A stretch of DNA of 44,029 bases from Pseudomonadota bacterium (GTDB lineage Bacteria; Desulfobacterota; Desulfobacteria; Desulfobacterales; JBDRRP01), in contig JBDRRP010000061.1 of the NCBI GenBank assembly GCA_043825735.1, forward strand, positions 1 through 44,029, written 5' to 3'. The notes under the pieces were generated by a model. The model was not told the origin of the DNA and did not search any database. It saw only the letters and a program-made list of their open reading frames with translations. Shown here one piece after another: positions 8,879 to 20,550 of the stretch (positions are counted from its first letter, which is position 1; the number at the start of each line of letters is the position of its first letter). The translations under genes were made by a program, and so were the position numbers.

Positions 8879-9157
8879 TCAATGATAATCTACGATCTCG
8901 ACATCTTCCGCTGCTGCTTCCGTCCACCGAAAACAAACACGCCATTGATCGTTGATACGGATGCTATATTGCCCAAGGCGGCTGCCTTTTAGCGCTTCGA
9001 GGCGATTGCCGGGCGGTATCCTAAGGTCGTCAATTCGGATCGCGATTTCGAGTTGCCGTAATTTTCGTCGCGCGACTTGCGCGATGTTCACGAATCGCTT
9101 GACCCGGATACCCTTTGAGAGGGCTTCAGTATCGGTGCACTTGAAAGACCGAATCAT
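8879..9157 (-). CDS. higB: HigB toxin, copy 2
   Basis: MIRSFKCTDTEAL...DLRIPPGNRLEALKGSRLGQYSIRINDQWRVCFRW...VEIVDYH. ATG at 9157. Confidence 0.92.
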   Translation of the reverse strand: MIRSFKCTDTEALSKGIRVKRFVNIAQVARRKLRQLEIAIRIDDLRIPPGNRLEALKGSRLGQYSIRINDQWRVCFRWTEAAAEDVEIVDYH

Positions 9158-9198
9158 GGGTTGATAATAACGCGGAGCGTGATTAACGTCAAGCGTGA
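9158..9198 (-). promoter_or_regulatory. higBA-2 promoter/operator
   Basis: Minus strand TTGACG (9192-9187), 17 bp, TATTAT (9169-9164), 6 nt, then ATG. Two tandem TAACG-N5-CGTGA imperfect palindromes overlap the promoter. Confidence 0.7.
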
Positions 9199-9293
9199 CT
9201 ATCGATATGCCCAGGCACATCGAACCGGTCATTTCCCAAAGGTGAGATGCGAGACCGTCCCCGGGAGGAAGGGTTTATCCAGTATTTCAATAC

Positions 9294-9347
9294 AAAAACG
9301 CCGATGAAAAGGCGCCGTTGCTCAGGCGCCTTTTTATCGGCGTTTTT
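9294..9347 (-). terminator. Long hairpin / intrinsic terminator downstream of tRNA-Pro
   Basis: AAAAACGCCGATGAAAAGGCGCC-8 nt loop-GGCGCCTTTTTATCGGCGTTTTT, with T-tracts on both strands. Confidence 0.75.
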
Positions 9348-9424
9348 TGGTCGGGGCGGAGAGATTTGAACTCCCGACATCCTGCTCCCAAAGCAGGCGC
9401 GCTACCAGACTGCGCTACGCCCCG
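9348..9424 (-). tRNA. tRNA-Pro(TGG)
   Basis: Reverse complement CGGGGCGTAGCGCAGTCTGGTAGCGCG-CCTGC TT TGG GA GCAGG-...GTTCAAATC...CGCCCCGACCA; 77 nt cloverleaf with encoded CCA. Confidence 0.97.
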
Positions 9425-9508
9425 ATTGTGGGCGCAATCCCTATCACGGTTCGATTATTGTTTCAAGAAATCCTGTCAAAGGATTGATAAGGGGTCTTTC
9501 GCTCGACA

Positions 9509-9645
9509 TCAATGGCCATGTAAAAAGTCTCTAATCACCGCAGAGGACACAGAGAGCACAGAGATAACTCACTAATTATTCGATGTATACTCTGCGGCTC
9601 TCTGCGGTCTCTGTGGTTCAAACTAACTTCTTATGGTTTCGTCAA
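9509..9645. repeat. MITE/REP-like palindromic element, family A, full copy
   Basis: Imperfect terminal inverted repeats (TCAATGGCCATGTAAAAAGT / ACTTCTTATGGTTTCGTCAA) and internal inverted arms with 9-nt periodicity (CGCAGAGGACACAGAGAGCACAGAG / CTCTGCGGCTCTCTGCGGTCTCTGTGG). The left half closely matches 43958-44029. Confidence 0.75.
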
Positions 9646-9696
9646 CATTCGCTGGATCCCTTGAATTCGCGGCCGCATTCTTCAGCGGTTTTATGG

Positions 9697-10455
9697 TCAC
9701 TCCTTCAAGTCGGTAGTCGATATCGCATCAATTTTATTGAAAAAATCGTCAATGCCCTGGCTGATGCGCATGGCCAGAGACGAGAGATGGGCGCTGTCCA
9801 TAAGGCGCTTTTCTTCCCGGGGATTGGTGAGGTAGCCTACTTCGATCACCACCGCCGGCATGCCGGCGCCCATGAGCACACGCACCGGGGCATCGGTGAC
9901 CGTGACCGGGGCAGGGGGCGGAGGGGCGTCAAGGCGGACCTTGATCCGGTTTGCAAGGGCACTGCTGGCGGCCCGGTGGGGAATCTGCATCCGGCGCCAG
10001 GACTGACTCGCCGGCGCGGTTCCGGGCGCCGCATTCGAAGGCGGCGGCTCCGGCGCGCTGGTGTAAAGACCCGTATAATAATATATGGTAATACCCTCGA
10101 CGGTGCGGCTCAGGCTCCCGCCGACGTGCAGGCTGACAAAGGCATCGGCGTTTTCGTTGTTGGCGCGACCGGCGCGGTCGTCGATGGCCACACCCACATC
10201 GCTGGTGCGGGTGAGTACCACGCGGTATCGGTTGCGCAGGTGGTTGGCGATCCGTTCGGCGAGATCAAGCGCGAGGTATTTTTCCATCACCCCATCCGGG
10301 CCGGTGACGCCTGATTCGGCACCCCCGTGGCCCGGATCGATCACCACGACCCGCTGGGTGCGGGCGGCCGCACCGCCGGTACCCATAACGAGCGCGGCGG
10401 TGATCGCAACGCCGATTATCGCGAGGCGGCAATATTTATGAAGGTGTGCGGACAT
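9697..10455 (-). CDS. N-acetylmuramoyl-L-alanine amidase (Amidase_3) with signal peptide
   Basis: Motifs VVIDPGHGG, EK, LTR, SLH and VVIEVGYLTNPREE. Start taken at ATG 10455 behind AAAGGA; the longer track ORF runs through tRNA-Leu. Confidence 0.88.
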   Translation of the reverse strand: MSAHLHKYCRLAIIGVAITAALVMGTGGAAARTQRVVVIDPGHGGAESGVTGPDGVMEKYLALDLAERIANHLRNRYRVVLTRTSDVGVAIDDRAGRANNENADAFVSLHVGGSLSRTVEGITIYYYTGLYTSAPEPPPSNAAPGTAPASQSWRRMQIPHRAASSALANRIKVRLDAPPPPAPVTVTDAPVRVLMGAGMPAVVIEVGYLTNPREEKRLMDSAHLSSLAMRISQGIDDFFNKIDAISTTDLKE

Positions 10456-10697
10456 CGATTTCCTTTGCGGCTGTCTTGATCCCGGGCGCCGCGCCGCCGG
10501 CGCGTCGTGACGGGGAATTGTGATTTTCACGCGGCGGCACTGCGGCGCCAAGCGCTGATTTTCAAATTGCAATTTGGTTAGATTTATACTAACCGGGTGA
10601 CAAGTCAAGAAATTGGTGTCCTCGCCGATGTGACCGGCATGATGCACGCCGCACCGGCTTTGGGCCAGGGGTTGCTGGCCGCTTCCCAAGGTGCAGT

Positions 10698-10784
10698 GCG
10701 AGAGTGGCGAAATTGGTAAACGCACTGGACTTAGGATCCAGCTCTGGCAACAGATTGGGAGTTCAAGTCTCCCCTCTCGCACCA
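10698..10784 (+). tRNA. tRNA-Leu(TAG)
   Basis: GCGAGAGTGGCGAAATTGGTAAACGCA-CTGGA CT TAG GA TCCAG-long variable arm-GTTCAAGTC...CTCTCGCACCA; 87 nt. Confidence 0.97.
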
Positions 10785-10801
10785 CGCTTCCTGTTGACGA
10801 C

Positions 10802-10832
10802 AAATGCCTGAAAAATTGATTTTCAGGCATTT
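10802..10832 (+). terminator. Hairpin after tRNA-Leu (terminator or processing stem)
   Basis: AAATGCCTGAAAA-loop-TTTTCAGGCATTT, perfect 13 bp stem. Confidence 0.55.
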
Positions 10833-11009
10833 ATCGTTCGTTGGCCATTCCATCCCGCGTGCCTCCTGTTTGACTTTTGGCGGTGGTTCTGATTTACAGC
10901 CGGCTTCTAACAGCCTGTTATCGGTGTCAATGACGCATGGCTTGGCCCAGGCACTTTCACCCGCGGATGACCGCGATGCCGGGCCCGGCGGCTACAAGAA
11001 AGGATGAAA

Positions 11010-12350
11010 ATGAAAGTATCAGTTGAAGATGTGAGCAGTGTCAAAAAGATCATGCATATCGCGGTGCCGCAGGAGCGCGTCGCCAAAGCCATTGATAAAG
11101 CCTACGTGAATCTCAAGAAGACCGCTAAAATCAAAGGGTTCCGCCAGGGCAAAGTGCCGCGCACCGTGCTGGAGCGGATGTTTCAAAAAGACGTTCGGGC
11201 CGATGTGCGCTCGGAGCTGCTGCAGGAGTCCTTCATCGCGGCCATCGAGGAAACCAAGCTCAACATCGTGGGCAATCCGGTCATCGATCCGCCGGAAGTG
11301 GATGCCGACAGTGATTACGTCTATGACGCCACGGTTGAAATCCCGCCGGTGATCGACGATATCGAATGGAAGGGCCTTGCGCTCAAAAAGACCCTGTACG
11401 CCGCCAGTGATGGTGAGATCGACGCCCAGTTGGCCATGCTACGGCAGCGTCTGGCGCAAAAAGTGGCCATCGAGGAGAACCGGGTCCTGCGAGATGACGA
11501 CTACGCTCAGATCACCTATGAAGGCTTTTTCAACGGCCGGCCCTACGAAGCGACTCAGAGGACTGAAAACCATATCCTCCACGTCGGCCTGGGTGAAATG
11601 ACCCCGGCTTTCGATGAGCAGATTCTTGGCATGGAAAAAGGCGACACCCGGAAATTCAAGATTACGTTTCCGCCCGAGTACAAGAATCCCAACCTGGCCG
11701 CCAGAGACATCGATTTCGAGGTGACCCTCAACGAGATCCGGGTGGAGGTGCTGCCGGAGATCAATGACGACATGGCCAAAAAACTGGGCCAGTTCGAAGA
11801 CCTCGATGCCCTCAAGGCCGCCATCCGTGTCAACCTCACCGAAGGCTATCAAAAACGCATCGAGCAGGAGCTGAACGAGCAGATTTTTCTGACGCTGATC
11901 GAACGCACCACCTTTGAGGTTCCCGAGACCATGGTTGAACAGGAACTGGAGGCCATCGTCAACGAGGCCGAGCAGTCCTTTACCTATCATAATATGACCC
12001 TGGACCAGGTGGGGCTCACGCGCGAGAGTCTCAAGGAAAAATATAAGGATACGGCTGAAAAGCAGGTTCGCCGGCATATCATCCTGAGCAAGATCATCGA
12101 TCAGGAAAAACTGGAAGTCTCGGATGAGGCGCTGGAGAAAGGTTTTCAGCAAATGGCCGATACTTATCAGCAGCCCATTGACGGCATCAAAGCCTACTAC
12201 AACCAGAACGGCGACAAGCTGGCGGTTTTTAAACACACTTTACTTGAAAAGCAGGCCATACAGATTATAGTTGATAATAGTCAAATTTCGGAAGTGGAAC
12301 CGGAAAAGGCTGAAACCGATGAGCAAGCACCCGATTCCACTGAAGAATGA
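11010..12350 (+). CDS. tig: Trigger factor
   Basis: IKGFRQGKVP ribosome-binding signature and FKBP domain; first gene of tig-clpP-clpX-lon. Alternative ATG at 11004. Confidence 0.96.
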   Translation: MKVSVEDVSSVKKIMHIAVPQERVAKAIDKAYVNLKKTAKIKGFRQGKVPRTVLERMFQKDVRADVRSELLQESFIAAIEETKLNIVGNPVIDPPEVDADSDYVYDATVEIPPVIDDIEWKGLALKKTLYAASDGEIDAQLAMLRQRLAQKVAIEENRVLRDDDYAQITYEGFFNGRPYEATQRTENHILHVGLGEMTPAFDEQILGMEKGDTRKFKITFPPEYKNPNLAARDIDFEVTLNEIRVEVLPEINDDMAKKLGQFEDLDALKAAIRVNLTEGYQKRIEQELNEQIFLTLIERTTFEVPETMVEQELEAIVNEAEQSFTYHNMTLDQVGLTRESLKEKYKDTAEKQVRRHIILSKIIDQEKLEVSDEALEKGFQQMADTYQQPIDGIKAYYNQNGDKLAVFKHTLLEKQAIQIIVDNSQISEVEPEKAETDEQAPDSTEE

Positions 12351-12411
12351 AGCGGGGCTGCCGGTAAAACGGATACTCACTAACGCAAATTAGTAAACGA
12401 GGAGACCTCCA

Positions 12412-13032
12412 TTGCCACTGATTCCCATGGTCATCGAACAGAGCAGCAAGGGTGAGCGGGCATACGACATTTATTCCCGGTTGCTCAAGGACCGAATCAT
12501 TTTTTTAGGTTCTCCCATCAACGATGAGATCGCCAATCTGCTGATTGCCCAGTTGCTGTTCCTGGAATCCGAAGATCCGGAAAAGGACATCAACTTTTAC
12601 ATTAACTCGCCGGGCGGGGTGGTCACGGCAGGGCTGGCGGTTTATGATACCATGCAGTATATTAAACCTAACATCGCAACGGTGTGTATCGGGCAGGCCT
12701 CTAGCATGGGCGCCTTGCTGCTGGCAGCTGGAGCCGCAGGGAAGCGATATTCGCTGCCCAACTCACGGATCATGATCCACCAGCCGCTGGGCGGTTCCCA
12801 GGGGCAGGCCTCGGACATTGCCATCCAGGCCAAGGAAATTCTCAGGGTCAAGGACAAGATCAACCAAATACTGGCGCTGCATACCGGCCAGGATCTTGAG
12901 AAACTTCAGCAAGATACCGATCGTGACTTCTTCATGTCGGGTGAAGAGGCCAAAGAATACGGTATCATCGATACCGTCATGGTGAACCGGGATGATATTG
13001 ACAGCCGGGCGGAGACCGAGAAGGGGGCCTAA
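12412..13032 (+). CDS. clpP: ATP-dependent Clp protease proteolytic subunit
   Basis: TTG start after GAGGAG; motifs [29 protein letters not shown] and IMIHQP. Confidence 0.97.
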   Translation: MPLIPMVIEQSSKGERAYDIYSRLLKDRIIFLGSPINDEIANLLIAQLLFLESEDPEKDINFYINSPGGVVTAGLAVYDTMQYIKPNIATVCIGQASSMGALLLAAGAAGKRYSLPNSRIMIHQPLGGSQGQASDIAIQAKEILRVKDKINQILALHTGQDLEKLQQDTDRDFFMSGEEAKEYGIIDTVMVNRDDIDSRAETEKGA

Positions 13033-14276
13033 TGTCCAAAAAAGGCGACGAAAACGATAATCTGTTCTGCTCCTTCTGTGGTAAAAACCAGAAAGAGGTC
13101 AAGAAGCTCATTGCTGGGCCTGCGGTCTACATCTGTGACGAGTGCATTCAGCTTTGCAGCGAGATCATCGAAGAAGAAAAAGAGCAGGATGCCGAAAACC
13201 TCGAACAGTCTCATATCCCTCAGGAAATCAAAGATATGCTCGATGATTACGTCATCGAGCAGGAGGATGCCAAGAAGATCCTGGCCGTTGCCGTTTACAA
13301 CCACTACAAACGGTTGAATTCGACGGTGACCGCTGATGATGTGGAGATCGAAAAAAGCAACATTCTGCTCATCGGTCCCACCGGTTGCGGCAAGACGCTG
13401 CTGGCCCAGACACTGGCGCGCTTTCTCAACGTTCCCTTCACCATTGCCGATGCCACCAGCCTCACAGAGGCCGGCTATGTGGGCGAGGATGTCGAGAACA
13501 TCATTTTGTCGCTTCTGCAAAACGCCGATTATGACGTGGAGCGGGCCAAGCGCGGCATCGTCTACATCGACGAGATCGACAAGATTGCCAGCAAATCGGA
13601 CAACCCTTCCATTACCCGGGATGTCTCCGGGGAAGGGGTGCAGCAGGCGCTTCTCAAAATCATCGAGGGGACCACGGCGAGCGTCCCCCCCAAAGGCGGG
13701 CGCAAGCACCCACAGCAGGATTTTGTGAAGGTGGATACCTCCAACATCCTTTTCATTTGCGGCGGCACGTTCAACGGCCTTGATCACATCATTCAGCGCC
13801 GCATCGGGTCGAAGGTCATGGGGTTCGGGGCCAATGTGGTACAAAAAGGCCAGTATTCCACCAGCGAGCTGCTCAAGATGGCGAAACCCGAGGATCTCAT
13901 CAAGTTCGGTCTGATTCCCGAGTTTCTCGGCCGACTCCCGGTGGTGGCCACCCTCCACGAACTCAGCGAAGCGTCGCTGGTTCGTATTCTCACCGAGCCC
14001 AAAAACGCGCTGGCCAAGCAGTACAAGAAACTCTTCGATATGGAGAACGTAAACCTGAGGTTCACCGACAGCGCGCTTGCTGCCATCGCCAGGGAAGCCG
14101 TCAAGCGGAAAGCCGGTGCGCGTGGGTTGCGTGCCATCATGGAGAGCAGCATGCTCGATATCATGTATCGCATTCCCTCCATCGACAATGTGAAGGAATG
14201 CGTAATCAGCGAGGATGTGGTGCTCAATAAGGAAGAACCGATTCTGCTTTACGAACCGACCAAAAAGCAGGCATAA
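13032..14276 (+). CDS. clpX: ATP-dependent Clp protease ATP-binding subunit
   Basis: CSFCGK zinc finger, [30 protein letters not shown] and GGRKHP. Confidence 0.98.
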   Translation: MSKKGDENDNLFCSFCGKNQKEVKKLIAGPAVYICDECIQLCSEIIEEEKEQDAENLEQSHIPQEIKDMLDDYVIEQEDAKKILAVAVYNHYKRLNSTVTADDVEIEKSNILLIGPTGCGKTLLAQTLARFLNVPFTIADATSLTEAGYVGEDVENIILSLLQNADYDVERAKRGIVYIDEIDKIASKSDNPSITRDVSGEGVQQALLKIIEGTTASVPPKGGRKHPQQDFVKVDTSNILFICGGTFNGLDHIIQRRIGSKVMGFGANVVQKGQYSTSELLKMAKPEDLIKFGLIPEFLGRLPVVATLHELSEASLVRILTEPKNALAKQYKKLFDMENVNLRFTDSALAAIAREAVKRKAGARGLRAIMESSMLDIMYRIPSIDNVKECVISEDVVLNKEEPILLYEPTKKQA

Positions 14277-14410
14277 TCGATTCCGGCGGCATTTCCGCGT
14301 TTCTGGCGAAATTCAGGCTATCGTAAGACCGCGCCGCGCACGCCCATTTGTGGGTGGCGCGCGTCGTGGTCGGCGTTAGCATCCCTCGTTGCAGGATCCG
14401 ATAAAAACAG

Positions 14411-16867
<2,457 letters not shown>

Positions 16868-16874
16868 TGATGAA

Positions 16875-16930
16875 AGGGTGCATTGGGGGTGGCCTTTTCG
16901 CTTGACACCCCAATGCCCCTCTGGTAGATA
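16875..16930 (+). promoter_or_regulatory. Inverted repeat after lon overlapping a candidate promoter for tRNA-Val/Asp
   Basis: AGGGTGCATTGGGGGT...ACCCCAATGCCCCT inverted repeat. TTGACA (16902-16907), 17 bp, TAGATA (16925-16930). Confidence 0.45.
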
Positions 16931-16974
16931 CGGGTCCTTCTTCGGGGGGATCTTCCCGGGGCGGTTTCTTTCAA

Positions 16975-17050
16975 GGGCGGGTAGCTCAGCTGGGAGAGCA
17001 CCGGCCTTACAAGCCGGGGGTCACAGGTTCAAGCCCTGTTCCGCCTACCA
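16975..17050 (+). tRNA. tRNA-Val(TAC)
   Basis: GGGCGGGTAGCTCAGCTGGGAGAGCA-CCGGC CT TAC AA GCCGG-...GGTTCAAGCC...CCGCCTACCA; 76 nt. Confidence 0.97.
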
Positions 17051-17065
17051 TAGAATACAATTTTC

Positions 17066-17143
17066 GGGGGTGTAGCTCAGTTCGGTTAGAGCGCCGGCCT
17101 GTCACGCCGGAGGTCGCGAGTTCGAGTCTCGTCACTCCCGCCA
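17066..17143 (+). tRNA. tRNA-Asp(GTC)
   Basis: GGGGGTGTAGCTCAGTTCGGTTAGAGCG-CCGGC CT GTC AC GCCGG-...GTTCGAGTC...CACTCCCGCCA. Confidence 0.97.
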
Positions 17144-17150
17144 TTTATAA

Positions 17151-17192
17151 AAACAAGGGGTTACGGTTCATTCCGTAACCCCTTGTTTATTT
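17151..17192 (+). terminator. Intrinsic terminator after tRNA-Asp
   Basis: AAACAAGGGGTTACGG-6 nt loop-CCGTAACCCCTTGTTT followed by ATTT. Confidence 0.85.
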
Positions 17193-17341
17193 CTGAGAAA
17201 GCGGCATTGCCGCCGAAACATCAGTGCCAAAGATTCTTGACACTGCCCGCCATCATCCGTTAAGGCCAAAAAGTCTTGACTTGGATCTCGATACTTTTAG
17301 TGTGCCTTACAACTTTCAACCACGAGAAAGGTGATCTGTAC

Positions 17342-20300
17342 ATGATACCCAAGCAGACGGGCAGCCCTTCTTTCCTGCGTTCAAGGGCGGCGATTGTCGC
17401 TCTTATCCCCTTGATCGGCTGTCTGTTTATGACACTGATCGGTTGCAAGACAGACAGCATGTCGGTCAAGGAGGCCAAGGACGTTGCCGTCCAATTCCAG
17501 GGGACTTTCAAAACGGTGCCGCCAAGGGGCCTCGGGACTGCAATAGAAAGAACGGTGGCTTACTACAAGGACCCGGCGACGGTGCCGCCGGAATATCTGG
17601 TGCCCCGACAAAAATTCACCGATGAGGAACTGCGTGAAGTACACGAGGGCGTTAACGGACAGACGGCGTGGGCCCGGCCGAGATATTACGCCACGTGGGC
17701 TTATAATGAGTATCTGCTGGGCAATCTCAGCCTTTCAACCCGATTGGCTGATCTGGCGATCTCAACGGCGCCTGAAAATATGGATGGAAATAAAATGGAA
17801 GGCTATGCCATCAAGGCGCTGATCCTGGCAGAAGCCGGCGATTACAAGGGCGCCGATCGCGCGTTGTCTTCGGCTGATTTCCATTTCAACAGATTCAGAG
17901 ATCGGGCCAAACGGAGCCGTGGGAGCAACCACCCCAGGACCCTGCTGCTGAACGTGTATTTAACCCGGGCCAGGGCGGCCATTTATTTTGCCCGCGGAGA
18001 ACTTGCGGCCGCAGAGCAAACGCAACGGAAGCTTCTGGTCGACATCGATGAGTACCGGCACCATGAGAGCTTCTCCGAGCCTGCGACTCACGAAACCGAA
18101 GCCAGGGTAAATCTCGCCAGGGTTCTTTTGGCCCAGGGGCGCGTCGCGGAGGCCGAGATCTATGTGCGTGAAGCCATCCGGTACGGGCACCGCAACGTCC
18201 TGCCCAGTGCCTTTCTTGCCTTGAGCCAGATCTTCTTTGCCCAGGGCCGCTATGAAGACGCCCTGGTATGCGCCCGGACGTCCCTGCATATCACTGCCTC
18301 CCTGAGGGCGCCCATCGACGCGTTTATCCGGGCCAATATCCGCGCGGACTATGCGCGTGCTTTCCTGGCCCTGGGGCAATACAAAGAATCTTTGAGACAG
18401 TTCAACCTGATAGAAGAGGAGTTGAAGACAGATCCGGAGACTTTCAACCGGCGGTTCAAAGGGAGCGCCGAGTGGGGGTTGGCGCTGCTGATGGCCGGCG
18501 ATGCCCGGGCGGCTTTGGAAAAACTGAAATTTGCCGCCCGGGAAAGCGAGAAGATCAGCGGTCCGGATACCTATGCCCTCGGTGAATTGCGCGCATTGCA
18601 TGCCATGGCGCTGGCCCAATCCGGGCAGACAGAGGCCGCGCTGACATCGTTTGACCGGAATGTCCCCGAACTGCTCAAAAAATTCAACTCCGAGGAGGAG
18701 GGGATCAGCTCTCAGACCGCCAGGTCCTTCAAGTTCAAGTTGATCCTGGAAGCCTATTTGACACTCCTGGCCGACAGCGGAAAACCGGCAAACTTCGAAA
18801 AGAGCTTTCAATTTGCCAGCGCGTTGCAGGACAAGCTGATCGGGCGGGCGGTGGCCATGAGTTCGGCCCGGTCGGCTGTGAAAGACCCGGCGCTCTCCAG
18901 CCTCATCCGGCAGCGCCAGGATCTTGAATTGAAGCTTTCGTCCTTAAAAAATTGCCTCTCCTCGGCCCTTTACGCGCCGCCGGAGCTGATCAATACAGAG
19001 GTGATCAACGAGCTGCAAAACCAGGTGGAAACGCTCAATCTCGCCGCGGAAACCCTCGCCCAAGACATCAAGGCCCGTTTTCCAGAGTATGAAAATATCG
19101 TCAACCCGGATAACGCCGATGTGACCAAAGTCCGCAGTACGCTGGGCGACTCCGAGGCCCTGATCTCCATTTTCTCAGGAAAAAACTATACCTTCACCTG
19201 GGCCGTACCGAAGACCGGCGCGGTTTCACTGGTTAAGGCCCCTATCGGCAGAGCCAGAATGGCAGCTGTTGTGGATGAATTGAGAGAGGCCCTCAACCCC
19301 GGTGGATTGACCAGCATCATGGATCTGCCGCCGTATGACCTGAAGTTGGCCTACACCCTTTACGAGCAAACTTTAAAACCTGTTGAGGCCGGCTGGAAAA
19401 AGGCCAAAAACCTGATGGTGATTACCCAGGGGCCAATCGGACAAATTCCGCTTTCCATTCTGCCGACCACGCCGGCGGTTGAGCCTGACAGCGCACCGGG
19501 CAAGCCGGGTTTTTCAAAGTACCAGGAGGAGAATTGGCTGATCAAAACCCACTCGGTGACGGTCTTGCCGTCGGTTTCCGCGCTGATCAATCTGCGGTCC
19601 TTTGTTGCCAAAAAGACGGAGCGGGTGGCCTATGCCGGTTTTGGAGACCCTTATTTCAACCTTGAACAGCTCGCCGAGGCTGAAACCGAGGCCTCAAAAG
19701 AAGCTTCACGGCCGGCCATGCGCAATGCCCCCGTTTTACTGCGCGGCATCCGCGTGACGAAAGCCGGTGCGCTCGATAAAGAGAAAATCGCATCCGTCGA
19801 TATCAGCATGCTCAACCGGCTGCCGGATACCCGCGAAGAGGTCATCGACATTGCCGCCAGTTTGAAAGCGGATATTGCACGTGATGTTTACCTCGGACGG
19901 CAGGCCAGTGAGCATACCATCAAATCCATGACTCTGGACGACCGCCGCGTGGTGGTCTTTGCCACCCACGGGCTGGTCGCCGGCGATTTGGACGGTCTCG
20001 ATCAGCCGGCTTTGGCATTGAGCGCCCCGGCTGTCACCGGCAATGCCGACGAGGACGGTCTGTTGACTATGGGTGAGATCATGGGGCTTCGGCTCAATGC
20101 CGACTGGGTAGTGCTTTCGGCCTGCAACACCGGGGCGGCCGAAGGCGACGGCGCCGAGGCGGTGTCGGGTCTGGGACAGGCCTTTTTCTACGCAGGGGCC
20201 CGCTCGCTTCTGGTGACCGGTTGGCCGGTGGAGACGGTCAGTGCCAAGATGCTGACGACGAGTCTGTTCCAAAGACAATTGGCGCATCCAGATAGTGATC

Positions 20301-20422
20301 GTGCGCAATTGCTTCGTTTAACAATGATCGACATGATTGAGAAAAAGCACGAACACGGGTTTTCATACGCGCATCCCATTTTTTGGGCGCCATTTTCCAT
20401 CGTAGGTGATGGACGCCAGTAA
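17342..20422 (+). CDS. TPR-repeat plus CHAT (caspase-like HetF/separase-related) domain protein, probable lipoprotein
   Basis: ATG 17342 after AAAGGTG. Hydrophobic stretch ending in a lipobox-like LIGC, a helical TPR-like mid-region, and CHAT motifs FATHG, VVLSACNTG, GARSLLVTGWPV and HPIFWAPF. Confidence 0.88.
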   Translation: MIPKQTGSPSFLRSRAAIVALIPLIGCLFMTLIGCKTDSMSVKEAKDVAVQFQGTFKTVPPRGLGTAIERTVAYYKDPATVPPEYLVPRQKFTDEELREVHEGVNGQTAWARPRYYATWAYNEYLLGNLSLSTRLADLAISTAPENMDGNKMEGYAIKALILAEAGDYKGADRALSSADFHFNRFRDRAKRSRGSNHPRTLLLNVYLTRARAAIYFARGELAAAEQTQRKLLVDIDEYRHHESFSEPATHETEARVNLARVLLAQGRVAEAEIYVREAIRYGHRNVLPSAFLALSQIFFAQGRYEDALVCARTSLHITASLRAPIDAFIRANIRADYARAFLALGQYKESLRQFNLIEEELKTDPETFNRRFKGSAEWGLALLMAGDARAALEKLKFAARESEKISGPDTYALGELRALHAMALAQSGQTEAALTSFDRNVPELLKKFNSEEEGISSQTARSFKFKLILEAYLTLLADSGKPANFEKSFQFASALQDKLIGRAVAMSSARSAVKDPALSSLIRQRQDLELKLSSLKNCLSSALYAPPELINTEVINELQNQVETLNLAAETLAQDIKARFPEYENIVNPDNADVTKVRSTLGDSEALISIFSGKNYTFTWAVPKTGAVSLVKAPIGRARMAAVVDELREALNPGGLTSIMDLPPYDLKLAYTLYEQTLKPVEAGWKKAKNLMVITQGPIGQIPLSILPTTPAVEPDSAPGKPGFSKYQEENWLIKTHSVTVLPSVSALINLRSFVAKKTERVAYAGFGDPYFNLEQLAEAETEASKEASRPAMRNAPVLLRGIRVTKAGALDKEKIASVDISMLNRLPDTREEVIDIAASLKADIARDVYLGRQASEHTIKSMTLDDRRVVVFATHGLVAGDLDGLDQPALALSAPAVTGNADEDGLLTMGEIMGLRLNADWVVLSACNTGAAEGDGAEAVSGLGQAFFYAGARSLLVTGWPVETVSAKMLTTSLFQRQLAHPDSDRAQLLRLTMIDMIEKKHEHGFSYAHPIFWAPFSIVGDGRQ

Positions 20423-20432
20423 TTTCTGAGTG

Positions 20433-20540
20433 TGCCGCCAGCACCAGCTTCGGGCCCTGGGGTGCCAGCGCCAGCGCTCGGCCGATGCCTTCCGAGGCCC
20501 CGGTGATGATGATGATCTTGTCCGGTATCTCCGTCAGGTA
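20433..20540 (-). pseudogene. N-terminal remnant of a short-chain dehydrogenase/reductase
   Basis: Minus frame reads DKIIIITGASEGIGRALALAPQGPKLVLAA (SDR TGxxxGIG motif). The resemblance stops at the end of the CHAT gene and there is no clear start codon. Confidence 0.7.
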
Positions 20541-20550
20541 TCCGATCTTG

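Noticed and set aside
9535..9620. Short periodic repeats considered as a CRISPR array
   Set aside because: The 9-nt period forms inverted arms with no unique spacers, and there are no cas genes in the window.
10456..10830. N-terminal extension of the amidase ORF to 377 aa
   Set aside because: It runs antisense through tRNA-Leu. The signal peptide and RBS fit ATG 10455.
16975..17050. Two G-U pairs in the tRNA-Val acceptor stem as a sign of a pseudo-tRNA
   Set aside because: The D, anticodon and T arms and CCA are canonical, and wobble pairs are tolerated.
17342..20422. CHAT protein as part of a type III-E CRISPR (Craspase) or gasdermin system
   Set aside because: No cas7-11, csx30, CRISPR array or gasdermin-like ORF is nearby, and the protein appears to be exported.
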